Position numbers and translations under genes: made by a program | Part shown: in pieces, positions 39,191 through 47,695 of the stretch | How positions within the stretch are numbered: the stretch's first letter is position 1 | How the letters are laid out: each line of letters opens with the position of its first letter | Source of the DNA: Candidatus Omnitrophota bacterium | GTDB taxonomy: Bacteria > Omnitrophota > Gorgyraeia > Gygaellales > Profunditerraquicolaceae | DNA length: 64,000 nt | Direction of reading: 5' to 3' | NCBI GenBank assembly: GCA_030650425.1 | Contig: JAUSED010000009.1 | Location: 32,904 to 96,903, forward strand | Notes under the pieces: model-generated | What the model was told of the DNA's origin: nothing | Seen by the model: only the letters and a program-made list of their open reading frames with translations | The model's database searches: none

Positions 39191-40407
39191 TGCGTATTTT
39201 AAGCTTATCAAAAGAAAAGGATTTAAAACAGCTTATGCGGGATATCCATGTGGATACCTATGGCATAAAGATTATGCTGCCTAAGGCCCAAGGGTATCTG
39301 CTTAAGGTCAATGCCTTGAATAACATTTCGGCCAATATCCTGAAACAGGAGATGCTTTCTTTGGGCGGAGATGTGGCGGTAGCGCGCGGAGCCTTAACCG
39401 GTAAAGTTAAAAAAACAGACTGCCTGATTATGGGAAGCCTTGCCCAATTAGACAGGCTAAGCGATAAATTACGCAAACAGCCTTTCGGCCTGAATACAAT
39501 GGGACGAGAGATTGGCCAAGTCTTAGAAAATTATCAGAGAGAAAATCTTAGTTTAGTTTTGGGAGGGCATAAATTTAATTTTGGAACGCGTTCTTATATT
39601 ATGGGAATTGTGAATCTAACCCCAGATTCATTCAGTGGAGATGGTTTGTATGCGGGAAAGGATGGAAAAAACTACGGACTACGGACTACCGACTACGGAC
39701 TTATTTGTAATTACGCGGAGCAATTAGTAAAGGATGGCGCGGATATCATCGATATCGGCGGCGAATCAACTCGTCCGGGAGCAAAACCCGTTTCTTTAGA
39801 GGAGGAACTTTCGAGGGTAATTCCGGTAATCAAGGCCGCGGCCAAAAAAATAAAAGCGCCTATATCCGTAGATACTTATAAACCCGAAGTAGCCAGGCAG
39901 GCTTTGGATAACGGCGCAAGCATGGTTAACGATATCACTGCTTTAAAAAACAGTAAGATGTCCAAAGCGGCCAGTCATTATAAAGCGGGTGTGGCGATTA
40001 TGCATATGCGGGGAAATCCACGCTTGATGCAGAAAAATCCGCGCTACGTATCTTTAATCGATGAGATTATCGAATATTTGTCCGCCGCGCTTACCCGTGG
40101 CGTGGAAGCCGGAATAGCTAAGGAAAAGATCGTTATTGATCCGGGGATAGGCTTTGGAAAAACTCCGGAACATAATTTTGAAATACTAAAGAGGCTAAAA
40201 GAATTTAAGGTTTTAGGCCGGCCGATTTTAGTAGGGGTTTCGCGCAAGGCATTCATTGGTAAAATTTTGAATGTCGGTGCTGAGGATAGGATTTTTGGCT
40301 CGGTTGCTTCTTGCGTATTAGCGGCGAAAAATGGCGCGAATATTTTTAGGGTTCATGATGTTAAAGCCGTTAAACAAGCGCTCTTAATCGAGGATAAGAT
40401 CGGATGA
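39190..40407 (+). CDS. folP: Dihydropteroate synthase with N-terminal extension
   Basis: MGIVNLTPDSFS, DIGGESTRPG, DPGIGFGK, SRK, RVHDV; extension contains NILKQEMLSLGGD. Confidence 0.95.
   Translation: MRILSLSKEKDLKQLMRDIHVDTYGIKIMLPKAQGYLLKVNALNNISANILKQEMLSLGGDVAVARGALTGKVKKTDCLIMGSLAQLDRLSDKLRKQPFGLNTMGREIGQVLENYQRENLSLVLGGHKFNFGTRSYIMGIVNLTPDSFSGDGLYAGKDGKNYGLRTTDYGLICNYAEQLVKDGADIIDIGGESTRPGAKPVSLEEELSRVIPVIKAAAKKIKAPISVDTYKPEVARQALDNGASMVNDITALKNSKMSKAASHYKAGVAIMHMRGNPRLMQKNPRYVSLIDEIIEYLSAALTRGVEAGIAKEKIVIDPGIGFGKTPEHNFEILKRLKEFKVLGRPILVGVSRKAFIGKILNVGAEDRIFGSVASCVLAAKNGANIFRVHDVKAVKQALLIEDKIG
39671..39701. repeat. Heptamer tandem repeat (ACTACGG, about 4.4 units) inside folP
   Basis: actacgg actacgg actaccg actacgg act, translated YGLRTTDYGL. 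Confidence 0.85.
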
Positions 40408-41168
40408 TAGACTTAACGCATGTCTTGATATACTGGAAGGCTATCCTGGAGATAATAATTTTATGGATTGTTATTTATCAGGTTATGCTTTTCTTCGAAG
40501 GGACTCGCGCCATACAGGTCGTGCGCGGGATTGCCTTAGTTCTAGTCGCTTTTTTCCTTTTCCAGAAGCTGGGCTTGGAGAGGCTAGACTGGCTCTTCAG
40601 GAATTTTTTCGCTACCTCGGTTATCGCGCTGTTGATTATCTTTCATCCTGAAATAAGGCAAGGACTGGCGCGCCTAGGCCGCAGAAATATTTTTGTTAAC
40701 TCTATGGACGAAGAAGAGCTGGATCAGATGCTTAAGGAAATCAGTAAAGCAGTAGCGGATCTATCCGGATATAAGATCGGCGCGTTAATCGCGATTGAAA
40801 AAAATGACCCGCTCTCCGGTTATGTAGAAAGCGGGATTAGGGTGGACGCAAAAGTATCTTCAGAATTAATTCAGGCAATCTTTACTCCCAATAACCCCTT
40901 GCATGACGGAGGAATGATTATTCAGCGCAATAGAATAGTAAGCGCGGGCGCGCTCTTTCCTTTGGCCCAAAGGCTCGATATTGACCGTATCTTTGGAACG
41001 CGGCACAGGGCAGCTTTAGGCTTAAGCGAAGAATCGGACGCGTTAATTGTCGTTGTCTCAGAAGAAAGGCAGGATATTTCCTTGGTTTATCAGGGAAGGT
41101 TATATAATAATCTGACCCACGAAGATTTATTCCTCAAGGCCAAAGAAATAATCAAAGTGAGGAAATAA
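40404..41168 (+). CDS. cdaA: Diadenylate cyclase CdaA/DacA
   Basis: Three TM, FHPEIR, GALI, PLHDG, GTRHRAALG.SE. Confidence 0.95.
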   Translation: MIDLTHVLIYWKAILEIIILWIVIYQVMLFFEGTRAIQVVRGIALVLVAFFLFQKLGLERLDWLFRNFFATSVIALLIIFHPEIRQGLARLGRRNIFVNSMDEEELDQMLKEISKAVADLSGYKIGALIAIEKNDPLSGYVESGIRVDAKVSSELIQAIFTPNNPLHDGGMIIQRNRIVSAGALFPLAQRLDIDRIFGTRHRAALGLSEESDALIVVVSEERQDISLVYQGRLYNNLTHEDLFLKAKEIIKVRK

Positions 41169-41306
41169 ATGCGTAAAAAGGCCTTTAATTTTATTGACCG
41201 AATACTCCATCTGTTTACCTATCACCCGTGGCTTAAGCTCATCTCTCTGGTTCTAGCCATTATTGTTTGGCTCTATATCAAAGAAGAGATGTCTCTTGGA
41301 CAGTAA
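41169..41306 (+). CDS. 45-aa membrane peptide resembling the N-terminal helix of CdaR/YbbR
   Basis: Not in the ORF track; MRKKAFNFIDRILHLFTYHPWLKLISLVLAIIVWLYIKEEMSLGQ; abuts the cdaA stop and overlaps the pdxJ start. Confidence 0.7.
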   Translation: MRKKAFNFIDRILHLFTYHPWLKLISLVLAIIVWLYIKEEMSLGQ

Positions 41307-42016
41307 TGCGTTTAGGCGTAAACATAGATCATGTCGCAACCTTGAGAGAGGCTAGGGGTGGGTTGGATCCCGAACCCGTGTTTGCCGCTTTGATCGCGGA
41401 AGCAAGCGGAGCCGACGCGATTGTCGCGCATTTAAGGGAAGACCGCCGGCACATCAATGATGAGGACCTTTTTTTATTAAAAGGAGTAATTAGGACAAGG
41501 CTTAACCTTGAAATGTCGATTGCGCCTGAGATTGTAGAGATCGCTTGCAGGATTAAACCTGATCAGGCGACGCTGGTTCCTGAGAAGCGGCAGGAGCTAA
41601 CCACTGAAGGCGGCTTAGATATCGTTTTCCATCAACAAAAAATAAAAAAAGTCGTAAAAAAGTTAAATGAATCTGGAATTGAGGTCAGTCTGTTTATTGA
41701 CCCTTCTAAAAAACAGATTAATGCTAGTCAAAAAACCGGGGCAAAGATGCTTGAGTTGCATACCGGCGCCTACGCCAACGCTAAAAATAAGACAGAAGAA
41801 GATAAGTATTTTAAAGAATTGAAATCCGCGGTTCGCTTTGCAGGAAAACTTGGCTTTCAGGTTTTTGCCGGCCATGGTTTAAATTATACCAATACCGCAA
41901 GAATTGCCGCAATCGACGGAATCGAAGAATTGAATATCGGCCACTCCATCATCTCACGGGCAGTTTTTACCGGTTTAGGCAACGCGATCAAAGAAATGAA
42001 GGAATTAATGAGATGA
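41306..42016 (+). CDS. pdxJ: Pyridoxine 5'-phosphate synthase
   Basis: LGVNIDHVATLRE, HLREDRRHI, VPEKRQELTTEGG, AGHGL, NIGH; start moved to ATG 41306. Confidence 0.97.
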   Translation: MRLGVNIDHVATLREARGGLDPEPVFAALIAEASGADAIVAHLREDRRHINDEDLFLLKGVIRTRLNLEMSIAPEIVEIACRIKPDQATLVPEKRQELTTEGGLDIVFHQQKIKKVVKKLNESGIEVSLFIDPSKKQINASQKTGAKMLELHTGAYANAKNKTEEDKYFKELKSAVRFAGKLGFQVFAGHGLNYTNTARIAAIDGIEELNIGHSIISRAVFTGLGNAIKEMKELMR

Positions 42017-42369
42017 TTTTAGGGTCAGGGGTAGATATAACCGAAGTGAACCGGATAAAAAAAGCGATTGAGAAATGGGGGGAATCATTTTTAAACCGCG
42101 TATTTACCGCGGGCGAATTAATTAACGCCAAGACCCGGGGTAGTTTATATCAGCACCTTGCCGGAAGATTCGCTGCTAAAGAAGCGGTATTTAAGGCTTT
42201 AGGGGATGCGGATTTGAACTGGCAAGACGTTGAGATTTTGAATGACCGGCAAGGAAAACCATCCTGCAAGTTTCTGAATGCCAAGGGCCAAGGAGTGGAT
42301 GTGATTGTTTCCATCTCTCATGTAAAGAACTATGCGGTTGCCAACGCGATTATTACGAAGAAAGGCTGA
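42013..42369 (+). CDS. acpS: Holo-ACP synthase
   Basis: GVDITE, AGRFAAKEAVFKALG, GKP, SISH. Confidence 0.96.
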   Translation: MILGSGVDITEVNRIKKAIEKWGESFLNRVFTAGELINAKTRGSLYQHLAGRFAAKEAVFKALGDADLNWQDVEILNDRQGKPSCKFLNAKGQGVDVIVSISHVKNYAVANAIITKKG

Positions 42370-43198
42370 TAGCAGTAAAGGCGATTACGGCCATATCTTT
42401 ATCTTAGCCGGTTGCGCGCGCTATGCGGGAGCAGCTGTCCTTTGCGCGGAAGCAATAATGCGCAGCGGCGCGGGATTAGTTACCTTAGGTATTCCTAAAA
42501 GTATAAACAGCGCCATAATCAAAATAAAACCTAAAGAAGTAATGACTCTGCCTCTGCCGGAAACAGCCAGCGGTTCATTAAGCGCTAAGGCGTTTAAAAA
42601 AATTAAAGATTTTGCAAGAAAAATTGATCTATTAGTTATTGGTCCGGGATTGGGCCGGGATAAATCTACGCAAAGTTTGGCGCGTAAGGTTGCGCGCAAT
42701 ATAAATAAGCCGACGGTTATTGACGCTGATGGTTTGAATGCTTTGGCAGGCCATCTTGATTTATTAGCTAAAACCTATAACCTAACACCTGAAACCATAA
42801 TCTTGACGCCGCATCCGGGTGAGATGAGCCGGCTTTTGGGAATTAGTGTGAATAAAATCCAAAATAATAGAAGAGAGATCGCCAATAAATTTGTTAAAGA
42901 TTATCCGGTAACTTTGGTTCTAAAAGGCCATAATACTATAGTCGCGGAGTATAAGGATAAAATATATGTAAATAAAACGGGTAATCCGGGAATGAGCTCC
43001 GCCGGCAGCGGAGACGTCTTAAGCGGAATGATTGCCGCGTTTTTGGGGCAAGGTTTAGATGCCTTTAATGCTGCTAAATACGGAGTGTATCTGCACGGAT
43101 TAGCCGGAGATCTGGCGGCAAAAGAAAAAACGCAAATTTCCTTGATTGCCTCGGATATTATTGCTAAAATCCCAGAGGCGATTAAAAAGTCTAGTTAA
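42332..43198 (+). CDS. nnrD: Stand-alone ADP-dependent NAD(P)HX dehydratase
   Basis: KGDYG, GAGLV, GPGLG, DADGLN, LTPHPGEM, AGSGDVLSG; no NnrE domain. Confidence 0.93.
   Translation: MRLPTRLLRRKADSSKGDYGHIFILAGCARYAGAAVLCAEAIMRSGAGLVTLGIPKSINSAIIKIKPKEVMTLPLPETASGSLSAKAFKKIKDFARKIDLLVIGPGLGRDKSTQSLARKVARNINKPTVIDADGLNALAGHLDLLAKTYNLTPETIILTPHPGEMSRLLGISVNKIQNNRREIANKFVKDYPVTLVLKGHNTIVAEYKDKIYVNKTGNPGMSSAGSGDVLSGMIAAFLGQGLDAFNAAKYGVYLHGLAGDLAAKEKTQISLIASDIIAKIPEAIKKSS
42769..42796. repeat. Degenerate heptamer repeat (TAACACC-type x4) inside nnrD
   Basis: taaaacc tataacc taacacc tgaaacc. Confidence 0.65.
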
Positions 43199-43199
43199 C

Positions 43200-43272
43200 G
43201 CCGGCGTAGCTCAGTTGGTAGAGCGTCTGTTTTGTAAACAGATGGTCGGGGGTTCGATTCCTCTCGCCGGCT
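43200..43272 (+). tRNA. tRNA-Thr (TGT)
   Basis: GCCGGCG acceptor, TAGCTCAGTTGGTAGAGC, TCTGT-TTTGTAA-ACAGA, GGTTCGATTCC; CCA not encoded. Confidence 0.95.
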
Positions 43273-43290
43273 TTTGAAAATATAAATAAA

Positions 43291-43578
43291 GGGTAGGTAC
43301 CCAAGTGGCCAAAGGGGGCAGACTGTGTAAACGCAGCGTCATGTCGAAAGGCGTGATGGAAAAGTAGGTGAATTCAGGGAACCCCTTAGTATATCTTTAC
43401 TGAGGGCAATCCTGAGCCAAGCCCGCCAATTTTATACGGCGGGAAGGTGCAGAGACTAAGCGCCTACCACCTAAAGCTTACAGCTATGGTGATGAGATAG
43501 TCCAAGCCTCAAGGTAACTTGAGGGCTCTTGAAATCTGCTGCACTTGTGCTTCAGAGGTTCGAATCCTCTCCTGCCCA
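43291..43578 (+). tRNA. tRNA-Tyr (GTA) interrupted by a group I intron; exons 43291-43326 and 43532-43578
   Basis: Spliced product GGGTAGG...GCAGA-CTGT^AAA-TCTGC, long variable arm, GGTTCGAATCC...CCTGCCCA; sits in the canonical Thr-Tyr-Gly cluster. Confidence 0.92.
43327..43531 (+). ncRNA. Group I self-splicing intron (IC3-like, 205 nt, no ORF)
   Basis: P1 CUGU/GCAG with U.G, P3 GTAGGTG/CGCCTAC, core AATTCAGGGAA...GGCAATCCTGAGCCAAGC...AAGGTGCAGAGACT...GAGATAGTCC, P9 CCTCAAG-GTAA-CTTGAGG, terminal G. Confidence 0.92.
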
Positions 43579-43672
43579 TTAAAATTTTCCGACAAGGAAA
43601 ATTTTAATGGCACTAAAGCGAGCGTAAACAGCCCGACAAGGGCTGTAGCGAGCGTAGTGCCTAGAGTGAAAT

Positions 43673-43746
43673 GCGGGTGTAGTTCAATGGTAGAACAATA
43701 GCCTTCCAAGCTATATATGTCGGTTCGATTCCGATCACCCGCTCCA
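43673..43746 (+). tRNA. tRNA-Gly (TCC)
   Basis: GCGGGTG/CACCCGC + TCCA; ATAGC-CTTCCAA-GCTAT; GGTTCGATTCC. Confidence 0.95.
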
Positions 43747-43755
43747 AGAAGGAAA

Positions 43756-45222
43756 ATGAATCCTGACTGCCAGAAAACTATTCCTAAGATCATTAATGAT
43801 GCCAGCGTAATTATGTTTTATCTGGATCTTAAGGGTAATATTTCTATGTGCAATAAAAAAGCGGAAGAAATGTTAAATCGATCTAGAGAGGAACTATCCG
43901 GTAAAAATATGTTAGATATTTTGTATCCTGACGCCTCCGCGCTCATCAAGCTGCAAATGTTTAAAGCTGTGTTGGATGATTCGGTTACTTACAAGAGGTC
44001 AAGTATTTTTGAGGGGACCATTCGTGACTCCGCGAAGATAGAGCATGTTATATCCTGGAATATAACCCCGATGCTCGATGAATCCAGTGTTTTGGAAGGC
44101 ATCCTGCTTTTAGGTAACGACGTAACCCTGCTTAAAGAAAGAGAAGCATCAGTCAAAAAGATTGATGATACCCTTAGAAATATCTTATCCAGTATTAAAG
44201 AATACGCCCTATACGCGGCCAACCTGGAAGGAAATATAACTTACTATGGTATGGGCTTTGAGTCTATGTTCGGGTGGCAAAAGAGCGAGATTGTCTTCAA
44301 GCATGTCGGCTTACTGCATACGTTTGATGACGTAACGCATAAACTTCCTTTTATTCTGGAGCAGGTAAGGAGCTTGGGCCAGTATGAACTTGAGATTTAC
44401 CTTGTTAAAAAGAATGGAGAATCTTTTCCGGTCAAACTAAGCGTAAGCCAGTTCCTCGACGCGGACGCCAAGCCCGTCGGTTATATTTTTATAGCTAAAG
44501 ATATCACCGAAGAGAAGAAGCTTGAGTATCAGATTTTCCAGTCTGAAAAAATGTCAGCGGTAGGAAAGCTTGCCGCTGGTATGGCCCATGAAATCAATAA
44601 CCCGCTTTTTGTTATCTCCGGGACATTAGAGATGCTTTTTGAAAATAAAAAACTCGGTAAGGAGTTGAGAAAAAAATTAACTACCATCGATAATCAGGCA
44701 GAGAGGATTCGTAAACTTGTAGACCGTTTTCTGGCATTTGCCCGTAAAACTTCGCCTAACCAGGAAAATTTAGACATCAATAAAATAATAAAAAATGTCT
44801 TGCCGCTTCTTTCGTACCATAAGATGCCATCGCATAAAATACGCATAGTCAAGGAATTTGCCAAGAAACTTTCGTTGGTTAAAGGCGATGCGCATCAATT
44901 ACAGGAAGTCTTTATAAATTTATTCATCAATGCCTGCCAGGCAATGCCTGAAGGAGGAAAACTTTCAATAAAGACCAGTGGTTCCTCCGGGGAATTCGCC
45001 CAAATTAATATTACCGATACAGGCAGCGGGATAACGGCTGAGAATTTAAAAAATTTATTCCTCCCTTTTTTCTCGACCAAAAACGAAGGAACTGGTTTGG
45101 GGTTATCTATTTGCTACAATATAATTAAAAATCATCACGGCACTATCGAGGTAGAGAGTCAAATCGGTAAAGGTACGACTTTTATTATAAGAATTCCCTT
45201 TATCAAAGACACCCCGCGCTAA
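43756..45222 (+). CDS. Cytoplasmic PAS-PAS histidine kinase (NtrB-like)
   Basis: Two PAS domains, EKMSAVGKLAAGMAHEINNPL, NLFINA, FFSTK..GTGLGL; start moved to ATG 43756 because the ORF-track start overlaps tRNA-Gly. Confidence 0.93.
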   Translation: MNPDCQKTIPKIINDASVIMFYLDLKGNISMCNKKAEEMLNRSREELSGKNMLDILYPDASALIKLQMFKAVLDDSVTYKRSSIFEGTIRDSAKIEHVISWNITPMLDESSVLEGILLLGNDVTLLKEREASVKKIDDTLRNILSSIKEYALYAANLEGNITYYGMGFESMFGWQKSEIVFKHVGLLHTFDDVTHKLPFILEQVRSLGQYELEIYLVKKNGESFPVKLSVSQFLDADAKPVGYIFIAKDITEEKKLEYQIFQSEKMSAVGKLAAGMAHEINNPLFVISGTLEMLFENKKLGKELRKKLTTIDNQAERIRKLVDRFLAFARKTSPNQENLDINKIIKNVLPLLSYHKMPSHKIRIVKEFAKKLSLVKGDAHQLQEVFINLFINACQAMPEGGKLSIKTSGSSGEFAQINITDTGSGITAENLKNLFLPFFSTKNEGTGLGLSICYNIIKNHHGTIEVESQIGKGTTFIIRIPFIKDTPR

Positions 45223-45309
45223 GGCACCTGGCGCTTATTGGAATTGCGCCAGTGTTCCCTTGCGGGAAGAATCGCGTGGGTGTTTCGCATTCTGCGAAAG
45301 GAGCATGAG

Positions 45310-45696
45310 ATGTCCTCTAAAATTTTAGTAGTGGATGATGAAGCGCCTGTTCGGGATATGTTCAAAGAGTTACTTAAGAAACAAGGTTACCAGGTTTTTA
45401 CAGTCGCAACCGGAGAGGAAGCGCTGGAGGCTGTCGCTAAAGAAGACTTTGATGCTGTTCTGTTGGATGTAAAACTAACCGGAATAAGCGGGCTGGAGAC
45501 ATTAAAAATAATTAAAGAAAGAAAACCGGAGTTGATAGTTATTATGATTACCGGATTTGGCTATGATGATGAGTTGGTTACCAAATCCAATGAATACGGT
45601 TGTTCCGGTTATATCGGTAAGAATGCTGATATTTCGCAAATCATACACTGTTTTAAGTGTTTTATTAAAGAGGCTAAAGAAAAAAACAATAAGTAA
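45310..45696 (+). CDS. Single-domain response regulator
   Basis: KILVVDDE, DAVLLDVKL, MITG; SD AAGGAG before ATG 45310. Confidence 0.9.
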   Translation: MSSKILVVDDEAPVRDMFKELLKKQGYQVFTVATGEEALEAVAKEDFDAVLLDVKLTGISGLETLKIIKERKPELIVIMITGFGYDDELVTKSNEYGCSGYIGKNADISQIIHCFKCFIKEAKEKNNK

Positions 45697-45717
45697 TATT
45701 CTGGGGTTAATGAACAT

Positions 45718-46467
45718 ATGAGTGAAGAATTATTAAAACCGGTTTTTATAGATGCCTTTGATTTGGATGATGCCTGGTTTCAGTGTCTATCCGAAATACT
45801 CGATCACGGGCATGTTTATACCATTACCAAGGGGAGCTACGAAGGCCAAAAGCGCCTGGAATTTGATTATGCGGTTGTGCGCGTAAAAAAACCCGCTCAT
45901 CAGATTATTCCCATCATCCCGGAAGGGATGAGCATACCCGCGCCAACGGATATGGATTATATCCAAGGGTATCTAAGTTATCTTATGACGGGGACCAAGA
46001 CCGCGACCGAAGATTATACTTACGGAGAAAGGCTGGTCAGCCCCACAGTTAAATTGAAGCAGAAAATAGAAGGCAAAGAAATGGTGCAGAATATGCCGCT
46101 GGAGGTTAACCAAATAGAAGAGGTAATCAAGCTCTACAAAGAAAAAGGGTTTGGAACGAATCAGGCGATCATGGAGATTGGAATGCCGTCAGATATAAAA
46201 TTAGTTGACCCGCCCTGTTTAAGGCTGATCGATACAAGGATTAGATATGGCAAACTGCATTTTATGCTCTATTTTCGCTCTTGGGATTTATGGGGCGGTT
46301 TCCCTTCGAATCTTGGCGGACTGCAATTAGTCAAGCAGTATATGGCGGAAGAAATAGGGGTCCAAGACGGTGAGATTATCGCCGCCAGTAAGGGCCTGCA
46401 TCTTTATGATTATGCCTGGGATCTGGCTAAACTCAGGACTAATAAAAACAGTTTGGTTATAAAATAA
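45718..46467 (+). CDS. thyA: Thymidylate synthase, archaeal-like short type
   Basis: YTYGERL, DPPCLR, FRSWDLWGGFPSN, GLHLY. Confidence 0.85.
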   Translation: MSEELLKPVFIDAFDLDDAWFQCLSEILDHGHVYTITKGSYEGQKRLEFDYAVVRVKKPAHQIIPIIPEGMSIPAPTDMDYIQGYLSYLMTGTKTATEDYTYGERLVSPTVKLKQKIEGKEMVQNMPLEVNQIEEVIKLYKEKGFGTNQAIMEIGMPSDIKLVDPPCLRLIDTRIRYGKLHFMLYFRSWDLWGGFPSNLGGLQLVKQYMAEEIGVQDGEIIAASKGLHLYDYAWDLAKLRTNKNSLVIK

Positions 46468-47469
46468 ATGCAGAATAAACTTAAGATAGCTGTTTTGGGC
46501 GATGGCGGTTGGGGAACTACCTTGGCGATACTGCTTTCAAAAAAAGGATTTCGCGTTACTCTCTGGGGCGCGTTCGCGGAAAATATAGCCAGTATGAATA
46601 AAAAAAGGCTAAACCAAAAGTTTCTGCCTGGGATTAAAATTCCTAAAGAAATAATTTTAACCAGCGATTTAAAAGCCAGCCTGCAGAATAAGGAGATTAT
46701 TGTTTTAGCCATACCTTCGCAATTTATGCGGCAGGTCCTCAAAAAGATCAAACTGGCAGGTTATCCGTCCGAGGCTGTATATTTAAGCGTAACCAAAGGC
46801 ATAGAGATGGGAACGCTTAAGAGAATATCGGAAGTGATCCACGATGAATTGGGAAGGGTACAATTAGCGGTTCTTTCCGGGCCGACGATCGCCCTCGAGA
46901 TTGCTCAGGGCAAACCCGCGGTCGCGGTAATTGCCAGCCATAATCAGGAAGTAAATAATCTTTTACAAAGTATTTTTATAACGGATAGGTTTAGAATATA
47001 CACCAATGACGATGTCATCGGAGTCGAATTAGGGGGAAGCCTGAAAAATATCATTGCGATTGCCTGCGGTATATCCGACGGCCTGGGTTTCGGGGCAAAT
47101 ACCAAAGCCGCGATACTGGCGCGGGGGCTGGCTGAAATTTCAAGATTAGGCGTAGCCATGGGCGCTAAGGCGCATACTTTTAGCGGGATAAGCGGGCTAG
47201 GTGATTTAGTGACTACTTGTATTAGCGAACATAGCCGGAATAGGTTTGTCGGTGAAAAAATTGGCAGAGGGAAAACCCTTAAAGAAGTAATAAATCATAT
47301 GCAAATGATTGCCGAAGGGGTGCCTACGGCAAAATCAGCTTACGCTTTAAGCTTAAGTCATAAAGTGGATATGCCGATTACTAAAGAAGTCTACAATGTT
47401 CTTTACAGGAATAAAACCGCGCTTAAGGCGTTTAAAGATTTGATGGCGCGCGAAAGAAAAAAAGAGTAG
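46468..47469 (+). CDS. gpsA: NAD(P)H-dependent glycerol-3-phosphate dehydrogenase
   Basis: G.GGWGTTLA, TKGIE, LSGP, GGSLKNIIAIACG, GLGDLVTTC, SRNR. Confidence 0.96.
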   Translation: MQNKLKIAVLGDGGWGTTLAILLSKKGFRVTLWGAFAENIASMNKKRLNQKFLPGIKIPKEIILTSDLKASLQNKEIIVLAIPSQFMRQVLKKIKLAGYPSEAVYLSVTKGIEMGTLKRISEVIHDELGRVQLAVLSGPTIALEIAQGKPAVAVIASHNQEVNNLLQSIFITDRFRIYTNDDVIGVELGGSLKNIIAIACGISDGLGFGANTKAAILARGLAEISRLGVAMGAKAHTFSGISGLGDLVTTCISEHSRNRFVGEKIGRGKTLKEVINHMQMIAEGVPTAKSAYALSLSHKVDMPITKEVYNVLYRNKTALKAFKDLMARERKKE

Positions 47470-47613
47470 CTTAGAAATCCCGCGCCTTTCGAAATTAAAC
47501 TTATGAAGGCACGGGATGATTTAGAGGTAGGAATAGTGGGTATTTGAAGAAGGTACCGCTAAACAACTAAGAGACAGCGGTACCGTTTTGCCGATAACTG
47601 ATAGATTGCAAAA

Positions 47614-47688
47614 CGGGGGATGGCGCAGTTTGGCTAGCGCGCTTGAATGGGGTTCAAGAGGCCGAGAGTTCAAATCTCTCTCCCCCGA
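47614..47688 (+). tRNA. tRNA-Pro (GGG)
   Basis: CGGGGGA/TCCCCCG acceptor, TGGCGCAG, CTTGA-ATGGGGT-TCAAG, GAGTTCAAATCTC. Confidence 0.92.
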
Positions 47689-47695
47689 CTAAAAT

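Noticed and set aside
43509-43793. ORFs 43509-43793 (-) and 43519-43701 (+), and the 43717 start of the kinase
   Set aside because: They overlap tRNA-Tyr, the intron and tRNA-Gly; no homing endonuclease fits in the 205-nt intron.
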